A stretch of 64,000 bases of DNA, taken from assembly GCA_951406725.2 (NCBI GenBank), contig OX597838.1, positions 1,860,001 to 1,924,000 of the forward strand, given 5' to 3'. The notes below the pieces were generated by a model. It had not been told where the DNA came from. It ran no database searches and saw nothing but the letters and a program-made list of their open reading frames with translations. This DNA comes from Octopus vulgaris (lineage: Eukaryota). Positions 1 through 12,546 of this stretch are shown here, in pieces. Each line of letters begins with the position of its first letter. The first letter of the stretch is position 1. The translations under genes were made by a program, and so were the position numbers.

Positions 1-313
1 TATCCCCCTTTTTATATATATATTTTATATATTTTTATATATATATTTTATATATATATTTTTTTTATATATTTTTTTATATATATTTTTTATATTTTTA
101 TATTTTTTATATTTTTTATATTTTTTATATTTTTATTTTATTCTTTTATTTTATCCTTTTATTATTTTATTTTTTTATTTTTATTTTTATTTTTATTTTT
201 TTATTACCTTGACCACTCCCCCAAGTATGATATTTTGCGCTATGCCTACCCCCAAAAAGTCCCCCACCACCACTCCTCTAAATGTATAAATGCTAATACA
301 ATTCTTGTTAAAT

Positions 314-364
314 AGCTTCCTGAAGATTTCTCTTGAATGAAACAGTACTAGTCCTGTAGAAGCT
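314..364 (+). ncRNA. Type I hammerhead ribozyme motif in a Penelope pLTR-like fragment
   Basis: agcttc-CTGAAGA-t ttc(tctt)gaa t-GAAA-cag(tactagtc)ctg-TA-gaagct. Perfect 6-bp stem I, canonical core, stem III cag/ctg, GUA triplet; U-U mismatch at the base of stem II. Followed by (TA)n. Confidence 0.8.
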
Positions 365-375
365 CCTTCTATATA

Positions 376-424
<49 letters not shown>

Positions 425-425
<1 letters not shown>

Positions 426-925
426 TTGTACGCACAGCGCTACGGTTAACTCTTTTGGCAACCATCTCGCACAGACTTTACTGAAGCGAAGCTGGTTGTG
501 GATGATTTTGTATGCAGGACCATGTTTGCAGAGAACATGCCACCTTATCGATGGTCAGTGGTCGGTTCGCGAGAACCATCACTCGAGCTTGTTGAATCGG
601 CGTCCTGCATCCTCTTTGTGCTTCACGCTTGTCCGGCCATTATCGAACTTCTGGACCCATGAGTACACACTAATTGTACTGAAAAACTCTGCTGAATTTC
701 AGCTCCTGACGCACTTCAGACCAGAGGAATCACCTCAATGTTCTGTGTTCTTCCTTGGTAAACATTGACAGCGGAGCGGCAATGATTACTCCATGCACAA
801 GAAAGAGAATTGGAGTGATCAAGGTTAAGCCGCCGTTACGCAACCTGAAGTGTACCACATTTTTGCACGCGAGCGCTGAATGCGCTGCGGCCAATTGTGC
901 GGATAATTTCTCACTTCTACTAGTA
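425..925 (-). mobile_element. Mariner transposon 5' remnant (frameshifted transposase N-terminus)
   Basis: Manual minus-strand translation gives AAPLSMFTKEE..FLWSE..SVYSWVQKFDNGRTSVKHKEDAGR..HGPAYKIIHNQLRFSKVCARWLPKELT, containing the mariner WVPxEL motif. Truncated at the (TA)n near 425. Confidence 0.85.
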
Positions 926-967
926 TATGAATTTCCCTAGTATATGTGTGTGCGTGTTGTGTGTGTG

Positions 968-1019
<52 letters not shown>

Positions 1020-1029
1020 AGTGTGTTCT

Positions 1030-1067
<38 letters not shown>

Positions 1068-1171
1068 TGTATGAATATCTATATATCTGTCTGTACACAC
1101 ATACATGCACACATGGAGTGTTGAAATCACTTGAAACAGAGATTCGCGAGACAATACGCCAAAGTGCGAAC

Positions 1172-1279
1172 CTTTGTTGCACCAGCGTTATCGCTCTGTT
1201 GCCATCGACCACCGTAACAGTCCAAGTTGAGAAGGAAGTCAATTAAGGGGACATTTTCTCTGCAAAGCTGATCAAGCAT
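1172..1279 (-). CDS. Speculative first coding exon (MLDQLCRENVPLIDFLLNLDCYGGRWQQSDNAGATK)
   Basis: Unique CpG-rich DNA; ATG preceded by an in-frame TAA; candidate donor AAG|GTTCGC at 1172/1171; candidate upstream acceptor ttgctccgctgcag| at 1740. No homology recognised. Confidence 0.2.
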
Positions 1280-1940
1280 GTCTAGAAATTACTCGTCAGA
1301 GGCCAGTGAGGTGAGCGTCGGTGTCGAGCGAAACACAGAGCTCCGATTCGAAGATAACATCGGACACATCGCCGGAAGCAAGAGGCCATGCTGACGGAGC
1401 TCGACACCCATTACTCATGAAATCAAGAGAGATGCGGTGGAATAGGGGTGGGAAGTGATGCAATCGGGGGGTTCGAGTGTTTCGTTGGGCACAGAATATG
1501 TGCCGAGACATGGAAAGCTGAAATGTCGAGATGAATAAGGAGAGAACGGAACGCATTTGCCTCGATAAAGGATTTTGAAGAAACAAAGATGGACAACAGC
1601 AGACATCGGAAACTCTTCAGTAATGACAAATGCAATGACAGCAGCAGCAGCAACAACAACAACAACAACACTCGCAATAAGAGCGAGTTAATGCAATTTG
1701 ACTCGTTTGCTTTTCATCCGTTTCTCCTGCACGAATCGATCTGCAGCGGAGCAATAAATACGACAGCAGCAACAACAGCAATAATGGCAACAAGATTTAC
1801 AACAACAACAACAAAAACAATAAACCCAGCAATAATTTCAAATTATCCGTCATGCTTAACCCCTTTCCAACCACGACCACCACCACCACCACCGTTACCG
1901 CTGCCGCTGCCATCACCATTAAGATTACTACTACTACTAT

Positions 1941-1986
<46 letters not shown>

Positions 1987-2719
1987 GCTGCTGCTACTGC
2001 TACTGCTGCTGCTAGTGCAACCACCAACACTACAATCTATGTTTCTTTAGTACTGTCCATCAGACACCACCTAGCGCTGCCATTGCAACCATGGCCTCCA
2101 CCCAGTAACTATCAATAATGCTTAGCGAAACACTTATGTTGCATTTTCGGAAACGTCCACGACATTTCTGAAAATAACAAGATCAACATCATTACTATCA
2201 CCATCATCACCATCATCATCACCATCATCATCATCATTACCATCATCATCTTCATCATTCTCATCATCATCATCATTCTCATCATCATCATCATCATTAT
2301 TAGCATGACCACCACCACCACCACCACCACCACCATCACCATCACCACCACCACCACCACCACCACCACCAACAACAACAACAACGAGAACAAGAACAAG
2401 AACAACAACAACGACAACGACGACGATGACTACAAAAACATCTCCTTTTCTTCACCCCCGCCACCCCCGCCACCCCCGCCACCCGCCACCCGTAACAAAA
2501 TGTGATCTTGTCACCAACTGTAAAAAGCAATGAGAAAAATAATAAATGTTGTAAACGTTGAGAGAAAATATTTGACAACAAAACGACTTTTGTTGGGGAA
2601 AAAATAAAGGAACATCAAAAAGATTTTTATCTTCTTCAAATACAACATTTTCACGCTGCAATAAATGTTGAAACGTGTGTAGAAGGACAACAACACGGAG
2701 GATGGGGGGAGGAAGGTTG

Positions 2720-2783
<64 letters not shown>

Positions 2784-4037
2784 GAGAGAGGGAGAGAGAG
2801 GAGGGGTGTGAGGATATAAGCAAACAGCATGGATCGTGTGTGGAGTCAGATGAGAGGGATTTTGTCAACAGGAAAGGAGACGACCTCAAGCTGGAAATAT
2901 ATTGGGAAGGATTTCAAGTGGAAAAAGTACACACACACACACACACACACATACATATGCATACACACATACATATGCACATACTCAGACATGCATAAAC
3001 ACTCACACGGAAAAAGCATACTCACCCACACACACCAAAGACACAAACATACAGTCACACACACACACACATAAATGCACACATTCTCTTTCTCTCTCTC
3101 TCTCTCTCACTGTCTCTTTCGCACTCTCTTACATACATATACTTATATATACACTATCACACACGTAATTACCCTCATACACACACACACACAGAGTCTC
3201 AGACGCTCACATACCCCCCCCACTTCCTCACCAAGCGTTTCGCAGGGCTTCACAGCCCGGACTATATTTCGTCTCCAAAGATCCAGAACCGGAAGAAATT
3301 GCAAGATTCTCTGACACATCCTCCTTCTCAAAATATTCAGACAACACAATGCGTAATGATATTTGTTTCACAATTGGCCCCACCCCTGATATCATAAACT
3401 TCCCTTAACAGGCCAAACTGGAGCAACTCGTCCCTAGACTCTACCTTCCGTTCTACATCCCTAATTGCTACTTTCTTTAGGGTAAAAAGGGTACAATTAT
3501 GGCAGACAAGTCCACATGTATAAGACCCCCGTTTGGTGAGTGAAGGATTGAGGCCCCACCATTGGCTTGGTAGAACTGCCTCTGACGCTGACCGAGTGAT
3601 TGGTCCATCGTAAAGACTGACTCATTTGTGTCCCTTTGGAATCTACTGAAATAAACTTCCTGCCCCAAAGTCAGATTCCGTCTCCTCGAAAGAGAAACGA
3701 ACTCAGGATCTTATGATTGAGAGGTTTTTGTTTTTTTGCCTTTTCTCAGTTTCCAAACACCAACTCCCGTTTCTCATATACAATATATTCACTTCAGTCG
3801 TCGTCGTCGTCGTTATCATCATCATCATCGTGGTCGTGGTCGTCGTCGAGGTTGTCATCGTGGTCATCATCACCATCATCATCATCATCGTGGTCGTGGT
3901 CGTCGTCGTCGTCATCATCATCATCATCATCATCATCGTCATCGTCGTCATCGTCGTCGTCATCATCATCATCATCATCGACGTCGTCGTCGCCGTCATC
4001 ATCATCATCATCGTCATCATCATCATCATCGACGTCG

Positions 4038-4068
<31 letters not shown>

Positions 4069-4780
4069 TGTCGTCGTCGTCATTGTCATCAATTACTTAC
4101 ACACTTACTACCAATAATCTTTAAACTGGGAAACTTCAAAAATCTCAAAAGTTCAAAAACCCTAGAGAAACCCCCGTTTGAACTCCGAACACCTAGAGAC
4201 AAAATAAACCAGACAACATATGTCGGCGGATTCTCTCATAATTCTGCTTCTCCAGTAACTGGGACTAGAAATTTACTTATCGACCCCGAAAGGATAATTT
4301 TGATCTTGGCACCAATCGAACTCGACGCGACAAATCCGCTGAGCGTAAAACCGGCAGTTGTGGTGCTGGAAGTCTGGTCGTTTATATCGATCCTGTTCAC
4401 AATCGTTGTTGGTGATAGAAATAAAAGTTGGTGTTTCAATTAAAAGTATTGAACCCGATCTCTTGCATGCAAAGGGAACAGCAATAAACTAAAAAAAGGG
4501 CAAAAAACTGGCAGTGCAAGGGAAATAGGAAAAAAAATAAGTCAAGGGAAATAACTCTAATCAGAAAACTTTCATAAGCCATTAAGGATTATTTCCCTTG
4601 ATCTCACGTCGTCCGCTCTCTTAAGTAATCGGGTCCAAGATTCACGTCAGACGTAGAAAGGCAATGATTGAACCTCTTATATGGTCTCTTAGTCTGCTAG
4701 AAATAATAGTGAAATCTCCCTCAATTCATGCACTATCATCATTTAAGGAGAGATGGACATAATGAAAAATGTTTCTAGAT

Positions 4781-4860
4781 CAGTGGTTCTCAACCGTTTT
4801 TTAAAAACAATGACCCTTTCGATTCCTCGTTTTTTTTTTTCTGGTAGACACCCATTCATT
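4781..4860. mobile_element. hAT/Charlie-type MITE end
   Basis: CAGTGGTTCTCAACC terminus preceded by ttctagat, matching the Charlie NTCTAGAN target preference. Other end not found. Confidence 0.5.
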
Positions 4861-5017
4861 TGTGCTAATTTTGCCAAATATCTCTCTCAGAGAACCTTTC
4901 AATGACCGGAAGTATTTTGAAGAATGTAAAGCGTTAGTAACTATTTCTTGCAAAAAATACATCTGAATCTAAATTTTTACGTGGAAGATTAAAATTACAT
5001 CAAATACAGAATGGACG

Positions 5018-5092
5018 AATTTTCGTTGCGTCTTGCAGCCTTTTCAATAGTTTTCAAACCTATTGAAAAGGTTGCAAGGCACAACGAAAATT
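5018..5092. repeat. 33-bp inverted repeat (hairpin, 9-nt loop)
   Basis: aattttcgttgcgtcttgcagccttttcaatag / ctattgaaaaggttgcaaggcacaacgaaaatt; three differences, two of which are G-U wobbles on the + strand. Confidence 0.9.
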
Positions 5093-5385
5093 TTACGACA
5101 AATAAAAATAAGAAAAAAGTGGATGGTGATGTCATGTGGACGTCGAATAGCAAAAGACTGTTCTTCTGATAATAGTTTCCTACGATTTGGCAATGAACTT
5201 CGCAAAAGAATATATCTGGATTATATTCTTGCGGGGAAATAAACGCGATGTTTGTAAGGGAAATAACTTACAACTGCGGGGAATAACTTGTGTGATGGGG
5301 AAATAACCCGAAAGAGTCAGAATTGGCGACTAAACCTGTTGCCCAGGTTGATGTTTAGTCCATCTCCAGGAAACATTCCCTGCAC

Positions 5386-5646
5386 CAGTGTTTCTCAAAC
5401 TAACAGATGTGGTGTAGCGGCAGTTTATTTATTCATTTTTCCAATACCGGAAACAATATATATAATGATGAATATAATAAAGTTGACAACTTTTTGTCTT
5501 ATATTGATTGTGTAAATAAACAAATAATACAATATTTTATAAGCAATTTATAATGTTTCTTTTTTTTCTGGAAACTCACTGTATACCGGCAGCTGATGGC
5601 TCGTGAACCGACACCAGTCTGCAGAGCATCGCTTTGAGTAGCACTG
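5386..5646. mobile_element. hAT/Charlie (MER5-like) MITE
   Basis: TIRs CAGTGTTTCTCAAA ... TTTGAGTAGCACTG; 8-bp flanks ccctgcac / ctctacac (6/8 identical, decayed TSD). Confidence 0.75.
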
Positions 5647-5790
5647 CTCTACACGGTTTCGATTCCCGCTGGAACTACTGACAACATATTTTACTTCATT
5701 AACTTCGCTGGTATCAAATTACTTGTAATTATTTAGTTTAAGAAAACAGCAGCCATCTTCTTCCAACGTTTTGCTGTAAGTTTTTACAAG

Positions 5791-5837
<47 letters not shown>

Positions 5838-6294
5838 AGGGAGAGAGAGAGATGGGGTGATAGAGACAAAGAGAAAGAGAGAGAAAGCAAGAGAGAGAGA
5901 GAGAGATTATGAGAGAGAGAGAGAAAGAGCGGAAGAGAGCGCATAGAGAGAGGGGAAACGAAAAACAAAGAGAAAGAAACAGAGAAACAAGGGAGAGAGA
6001 GAGATAGAAAGAAACAAAGCGAAACAGAGAGAGATATAAAGAGACAGACAGACAGACAGAGATAAAGGGAACCCGGAAGCTATCGCTAGATTCTCTCCAA
6101 TCCATTAGTTATTCATTTTAATACAAGGAGATAAATTGAAGTCACAACAGAAACGGTTTTATACTGAAGTTATTTAAGCTTCCACTTCAACATTTCCACC
6201 CCTTTGTTTGCCCTTGTTTGTCTCCACTGTGTTTAGCCCCTTGTGGGTAGCAGGGAAAAAAAAATATTTTCACTCACTGGAAGGTGCCGCCACT

Positions 6295-6384
6295 GAATTG
6301 TCTCCCTTGACATAAGGCAAGTAACATCCACAGAGTTGTCTCCCTTGATGTAAGCCAAATAGTAGCCTCAGAGTTGTCTCCCTT
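6295..6384. repeat. Three GAGTTGTCTCCCTT-type motifs at a 38-bp period
   Basis: Copies start at 6295, 6333 and 6371; spacers are more diverged than the motif. Confidence 0.85.
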
Positions 6385-7353
6385 AAATTCCGTATTTTCT
6401 CCGCAGAAATTTACGTACCACGTGAATCCAAGAGGGCCTGGGTACGATTCTCCTTCAAATTCACTTTACTTTTGATCTTTCTGGATTCAGTAAAACATAA
6501 TACTTATCAATCAGTATAATTAACAAACTATATCCCCTCCCCACCTCACTAAAGCTAATGCTTTGTACCGAAGTAGGAATTAAAATACTGCAATATATTC
6601 TTGATAGCATAAGTACCAGTTATGTTTTGGGGTTAAGTTATTGATTGCAGTAGAATTTCTTACAGTTCAGCAAATAGCAGATACAATACCTGGTGGTGTT
6701 GAGCTTTTTGCTTTTCTTTTTCCCTTTTTTAAGTTTTTGTGTTCAACTCTATCCATTCAATGTAAATTTTGTAAAACTTCTTCTTCTTCTTCTTCTTCTT
6801 CTTCTCCCCCCTCCTTCTCCTCCTCCTTCTTCTCCCCATCCTCCTCCTCCTCCACTTCCTCATCATCATCATCATCACCACCATCATTTTCTTCGGACGC
6901 GCAACAAATCGATTTCTGAGAATTTGTTTAACTTTCTCGAAAACAATAAATTTACTCTTGATAGTTTTTGCCAAAACTTTAATTAAGAATCCGGTCTTCT
7001 TTGTTCCAAGAAAGAAGCTGACAAATCAGGCACCAAAAGGCGGAACCGTTGCAGACTTTATTTGCGTTCTTCTTCTGGTTTCTTGTTGGGATCAAGGTGT
7101 CTTTAAGCCCACCAACGGATGCAGTTGCAGAAAAATTTCTTGGAATCACTAACAAACGCACGAGAACATCAGCAACGTTTTTAACAAGACACTAGTAACA
7201 ACATCAACAACAAAAGAGACAGCAGCAGCAACAAGATGAACAGAAATAGCAACAGCATTAACAAGAGCAACAAAATCAACGACGACGACAAAATATGCGA
7301 AGGAGGTGGCTGCACCTCCAGGCAAGCATTTGCGGAGATGGTAGCAGACTTAC

Positions 7354-7466
7354 CACAGCGTTTCTCGTAATCCTTAAACGGCAAAGGGCCACATCCTGAA
7401 CAGCTCAACCTGCTTTTGAAGGTGAATGGAAGTAGAGCAGATTTTTCCAGCTCTATCATTTAAGTT
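7354..7466 (-). other. Candidate exon (5'UTR or first coding, MIELEKSALLPFTFKSRLSCSGCGPLPFKDYEKRC)
   Basis: Minus strand acceptor tattttccgcag| and consensus donor TG|GTAAGT bracket 113 bp of unique sequence; ATG at 7459 follows an in-frame TAA. Confidence 0.4.
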
Positions 7467-7708
7467 CTGCGGAAAATAGACCTTTTCTCTTTTTAATTTT
7501 TATTTTTCATATTTTAGTTTTTGTGTTTTCGTTTTCCGTTTTTTACTTTCTGCCTTTTCTATTTGCTGCCTCCTCTGTTTCTTTCTATTTGCTGCCTCCT
7601 CTGTTTCTTTCTATTGCCTTCTCAGTTTCTTTCTATTTGCTGCCTTCTCAGTTTTTTCGCGTTTCTTCTCTTATTCGAATTTGTTTTATTTCTTTATGAT
7701 ATGTGGTT

Positions 7709-7764
7709 TGCGCCTGAAGAATATGTTAGAGAATTTCTCAACATATGAAACTATTAGTAGCACA
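7709..7764 (+). ncRNA. Hammerhead ribozyme motif in a pLTR-like fragment
   Basis: tgcgc-CTGAAGA-atatgtt a gaga(att)tctc aacatat-GAAA-cta t tag-TA-gcaca. Well-formed long stem II, near-palindromic stem III, stem I 4/5 paired. Unit ends in (CA)n near 7860. Confidence 0.8.
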
Positions 7765-7857
7765 TTAATACATGTATTGTGTCCTTTAAATAAATGATAT
7801 TTATCTCTCACTAGATCGAGTACTTTTTGAAGAATTTTCTATCGCAGATCAGTACAT

Positions 7858-7917
<60 letters not shown>

Positions 7918-7920
7918 CAT

Positions 7921-7982
<62 letters not shown>

Positions 7983-8663
7983 ACAGAGAGAGAAAGAGAG
8001 AGAGAGAGAGATTCACATGCACACGTACATCCGCACACACACACACACGCACACACACGTACATATCGTAATCGTCGTTGGCTCCCTCTTTCCGCCTCTT
8101 TCTTCGCTTGTGCTTCCTCATTTATGTCAGTGGCAAGAATTTTACGAGAATCAATTTCCCATAGATGTCACTGGAGCTCAATGGAGACGTTTGCCCTGGA
8201 ATTTGTGGGTCTTTCATCCTAAATGTTTATCTCCTTAATTCCGCAACCATATTTTTCAAAATGTTCAACGCACATCTTGATGGTGTGACGCGCGCCACGC
8301 CATTGTGTCTCCGCATATAAGTTGGTCTACAAGAAAACGGACTGGCAGTAGTCCATACAGTCCGTAGCCAGCTGATTACAACTGGGTGTGTTATCTTGAT
8401 AGCTAGGGGTGCTGAACAGGGGTGCGGACAAAAGCCCCATGCTTAGATTTTTCGGTTCTTCTTTCTTTTTTTTTTCTTCACATTTCTTGACGCTTGGTCA
8501 AAACTTCTGATATATTTCGTTTTTATTTTCATTTTACTACTACTCGAAGAATTTTTAGTTGAATGTATAGACCCCAATATTTTTTTTAATGATTTTCAAC
8601 AAGTACATAGTTAAGCCTAAAAGGTCTTGCTAGAGATAACAACCAAATCTTTAAACATTATTT

Positions 8664-9440
8664 TTATATAATTTCAAATAAACATCGACCACGAGGCTGA
8701 CAGTGTGTCTTCTCAACAATTCGATAATTTCGTTTTGAATTGCTGCTGAGGTGTAGGTTGCAGTGTTTGGAATCGTGCTCTAACATTCCATTAACTTTGA
8801 GTCTTTCTCTAATGTGTACTGGAATAATTTCATAAAAGACCAAAAGGCTACGTATCATCTTCCGAATAAAGATCCCGAAAAGCTTCATTTTCGTTTCCTC
8901 GAAAAGGCAATTCGTTTGCACAAAGAAAATGAATAATATCAACAATGGAACTGATATAATAACGGTTTTTGGTCAACTGATCATTTGGCAAGATTGAAGA
9001 CACGGATGTTGTTGTGGATAAACACTGTTGGCGTTCCTTCCATGTCACCGTAGCTTGGATATGGGATGCAGAATTTGCATGCTCATTTAAACCTTTGATT
9101 TTTCTTTTGCATGATGCCAATTAGAATATCCATTTTTAATAAAACACGTATCAGCTCGAGCAGAAGTATTAAAGTGCCGACAAGCAAAATAAAACAAGGC
9201 TTTCTTTGAAACAGAATACTCTAGCCATAAACGACCAGTATACCAGCTTGACGAGAAGTCACGTCTCTGATTTCCATAAATTTTTGGATCAAACTTTGCT
9301 AGGACTGGCTGCACTGGTTGGCAGTCGACCTGTCCTAGATCATCCAAAGAGGGTGTCAAAGACTTTGCAAGACCTCCCTTGAACTGCGAAACTTCGTTTG
9401 CAATTCACTTCTGCTTAGCATTATTAGATGAATCAGATTG
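8664..9440 (-). pseudogene. Decayed hAT transposase N-terminus (ZMYM1-like zf-TTF plus DUF4371; Tip100-like)
   Basis: Frameshifted ORFs: RRDFSSSWY..WLEYSVSKKALFYFACRHF..GYSNWHHA / GLNEHANSASH..NRYYISSIVDIIHFLCANELPFRG. Confidence 0.85.
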
Positions 9441-9992
9441 GAAATTCAACAATGATTGCTTCAGTTTTCTTTTTCGGTAGTGATTCATTATTTTGGGGCA
9501 CTGATATTCGCAATAATTAATTCGAAGGTAGAATATCGTAGTAAGAGTAACAATTTCTTAGAATTTATGTATTTTAAAATTAAACTCGAAAGAAGTTTCG
9601 GTTCAAGCAATTTGTTTTTTTTCAATTTCTTGAAAGTTACGCTTTTTTAGTTAAACACAAAATAATTTCATTATAAACTTTGTTCAAAGAGTAAGAACAT
9701 TTATTATATATATATACGGGAGTCTGAGGAGATTATGTACGAGAACAGACGAGACAATCTAGGAGAGCTCGCGCTGGGCAACATTGTGGTGACTGTAAAC
9801 CACTGCGGCGTGAGAACGATTCCCACCCATGAACTTTAATTTTTTGTTCACATAAATTCATTTCATTTTAAAAATGAAGAATCTGGTGCGTTTCACTTCT
9901 TGGCCTATCAATGTATAACAGTGAATTTCTTTGCCCTAGGATTCGGGGAGGCAATCGGCAATAAATGGAAACAAAATCGAAAGAAGAAAAAC

Positions 9993-10047
<55 letters not shown>

Positions 10048-10180
10048 TGTTACAAAGAAAATTGGCTACTCTTAAGAATTTGGTCTGCAAAAACCCAGAA
10101 AATAAAAGATCGAAGAGATGCGTCGATCTTTAACGAAATCGATAACGAAAAATATACAAATAAGAAAGAAGAAAGAAGGA

Positions 10181-10236
<56 letters not shown>

Positions 10237-10449
10237 ATGAAAGAAAGAAAGAGGCTTAGTAGAGAAATGTAATGGAACCAAAAAGTGAAGTCGTATCCGA
10301 AATCAAAGAACGCCTGAAATAAGATATTCTCGCCCAAATCACAAAGAATCAGTTGTTATGAAAAGCGTCAGTGATTCTTTGTATAAAACAAGCCCCAGAC
10401 GATTTTATCTGGAACTAAGCGAAAGTAAAATAGAAATCAATGCAAAACA

Positions 10450-10700
10450 AACATTAAGAAAAAGTTGAAGAATTCTTTGGAGGAACTTGGTCTGCGACGG
10501 AATGGCCATTGACGAGATACTGTAAAACAACGAACTCAACTAATGAAGAATCGCAAAAGACTAAATCAAATCCAAGAACTAACGAGGAAATGCTACAAAA
10601 AATGGACGCCTGGAAGGCACTGAGAAATGGTAAAGTCTAAAAGAAATGGTTGAGTTATTTGACAGGTAATGTGCTGGCAAAATTATTTAATAAGCTTGGA
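10450..10700 (+). mobile_element. Possible highly decayed RTE-like LINE 3' fragment
   Basis: Peptide traces TNEEMLQKMDA and KKWLSYLTG resemble the RTE C-terminal TNEEVL..WLGH pattern. Confidence 0.3.
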
Positions 10701-10952
10701 ATGGAGTTTGGGTGAAGCCTTGTCTGTTATTTAATTAGACAGAATCTTGTTAAGGCCGTAACAAGGCGAAATGAAATGCAAAAATATTTCTTCGATATTT
10801 CGAAGGATAGGACAGCTTCGTGAGGACCCGTGGGAAATGGGAGACAGAGATTAACCATTATCATCACAGGAAGTGGGTCTGGAAAAATCTTTAATGAACG
10901 CCTCTCGTGCATGTACATATATATATACATATATATACATATATATACATGC

Positions 10953-10986
<34 letters not shown>

Positions 10987-11044
10987 GTATGTATGTATAT
11001 GTATATATATTTCTGTGTGTGTGTGCGTCTTTCTGCCATCCTTT

Positions 11045-11234
11045 TCCCCCTGACACCACTTGACAACCGATGTTAATGTGTTTGCATCCCAGTAAGTAGC
11101 GGTTCGGCAAAAGCGACCGATGTAATAAGTGCCAAGCATAAAATAGAAGTACTTAGATCGAATCATTTGACTAAAAATTCTTCAAGACGGTGCCCCAGCA
11201 TGGCCTCAACCTTCTGACTGAAGCAAGTAAAAGA
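11045..11234 (+). mobile_element. SINE family C, 3' half
   Basis: cttgacaaccgatgtt..gcggttcggcaaaag..ggtgccccagcatggcc..gactgaagcaagtaaaaga; homologous to 44860-45030 and 61985-62180. Confidence 0.8.
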
Positions 11235-12546
11235 AAAGGATAACTATCCAATATGGCGGTTGTCATTAAGGACGGTGCTGCGTGTTTGATGGAGATCTGT
11301 TTTTGACACATATTTCGGTGGAGCATCAACACAGAGTAATATGTGTTCGTAACTGGGAGACGAATACCGCAACGCGAGTCATTGACTGCATGTCAATGTC
11401 TCACAGTCATCGTAGTCTACAATGTTTCAGATGTATCCTAGGTGAACATGGACAGACAAATGTGATCTAATGATCAGTGGTCAAAAACAGTAACGACATT
11501 TTGATAAAGTGAAACATTCCACCGTTCACCAAAATGGCTGCGCTTCCGCTACATTATACCGTGTAATATTACACATATCCGTTAACAGATGAAAACTTTA
11601 AACAAGCTCTAATTGATATATAAATCATCTCCGTTTCTTGAATAACCGATAACACGTGATTATAAAATATAAAACAAAATAAAATTTAAAAGACAAAGAG
11701 AAATACTATATAAGAAGTAAATAAACAAATTACGTTTCAATATTGCGGATGTTATCAATATTTTAAAGACAACACTCTAGTACGGCGCCTTGTTAACGTC
11801 ATTCAATGAGATTCTCTTGGGGTTTCACCGTGTGAAATAGTTTTTTTAACGAATTAATCAAAATATTTCTGACATTATCAGAGGAAAGACTCTATAAATG
11901 TTTTTTTTTTTTTTGATACACGGAATGCTTAAATTAAACTGGCGCGTTGACACACATGTAGACACGCCTATCCACACTTATACATATATACGCATTTATG
12001 CAGGCATATAATATATAACACATACACATATATATATATATATATATATAATATATATATGTGTGTGTGTGTATATATATATATATCAATATGCATGCAC
12101 TACATCTACACATATATACATACGTACATACGTATAAATCTGTGTGTATGCACACACATATATTATATATTTTGGGAAATCTCAAAACTTTTCTTTCCTT
12201 TTTCGCGAATAATATTCCTCTCTGACTGGTAGAAATGAAATGACTTTTTAATGTCCGTCTCTCTTCATATATATATACGTGTGTAGTGATGCGTTTACTA
12301 CCATAAATCTCTAACTACAGCAACAATTCTTCACATACTTTTCAACAGCAACAATGACAATCTCCAGCACCGCCATCGCCACCACGAGCACCACAACAAC
12401 AACAATCACAACAACTGACCCAGCGTCAGCTACTCCTCAATTCAACCCACAGTTAACGACCGTGTCAGCAGCCAATTCTGCGACAACAATTACGGATACA
12501 ACAAACACTAAAACAGTCTCCAGTTCTTGTAGTGATGATGTTTATC

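Noticed and set aside
3703-4443. His/Arg-rich, poly-Ser and poly-Ile ORFs
   Set aside because: Translation of a (CAT/CGT)n microsatellite, open in several frames on both strands.
6295-6384. CRISPR-like repeat-spacer look
   Set aside because: Only three 14-15-bp repeats, related spacers, no cas genes, eukaryotic context.
9725-9775. CTGAGGA hammerhead-like start
   Set aside because: No GAAA after the stem and no stem I.
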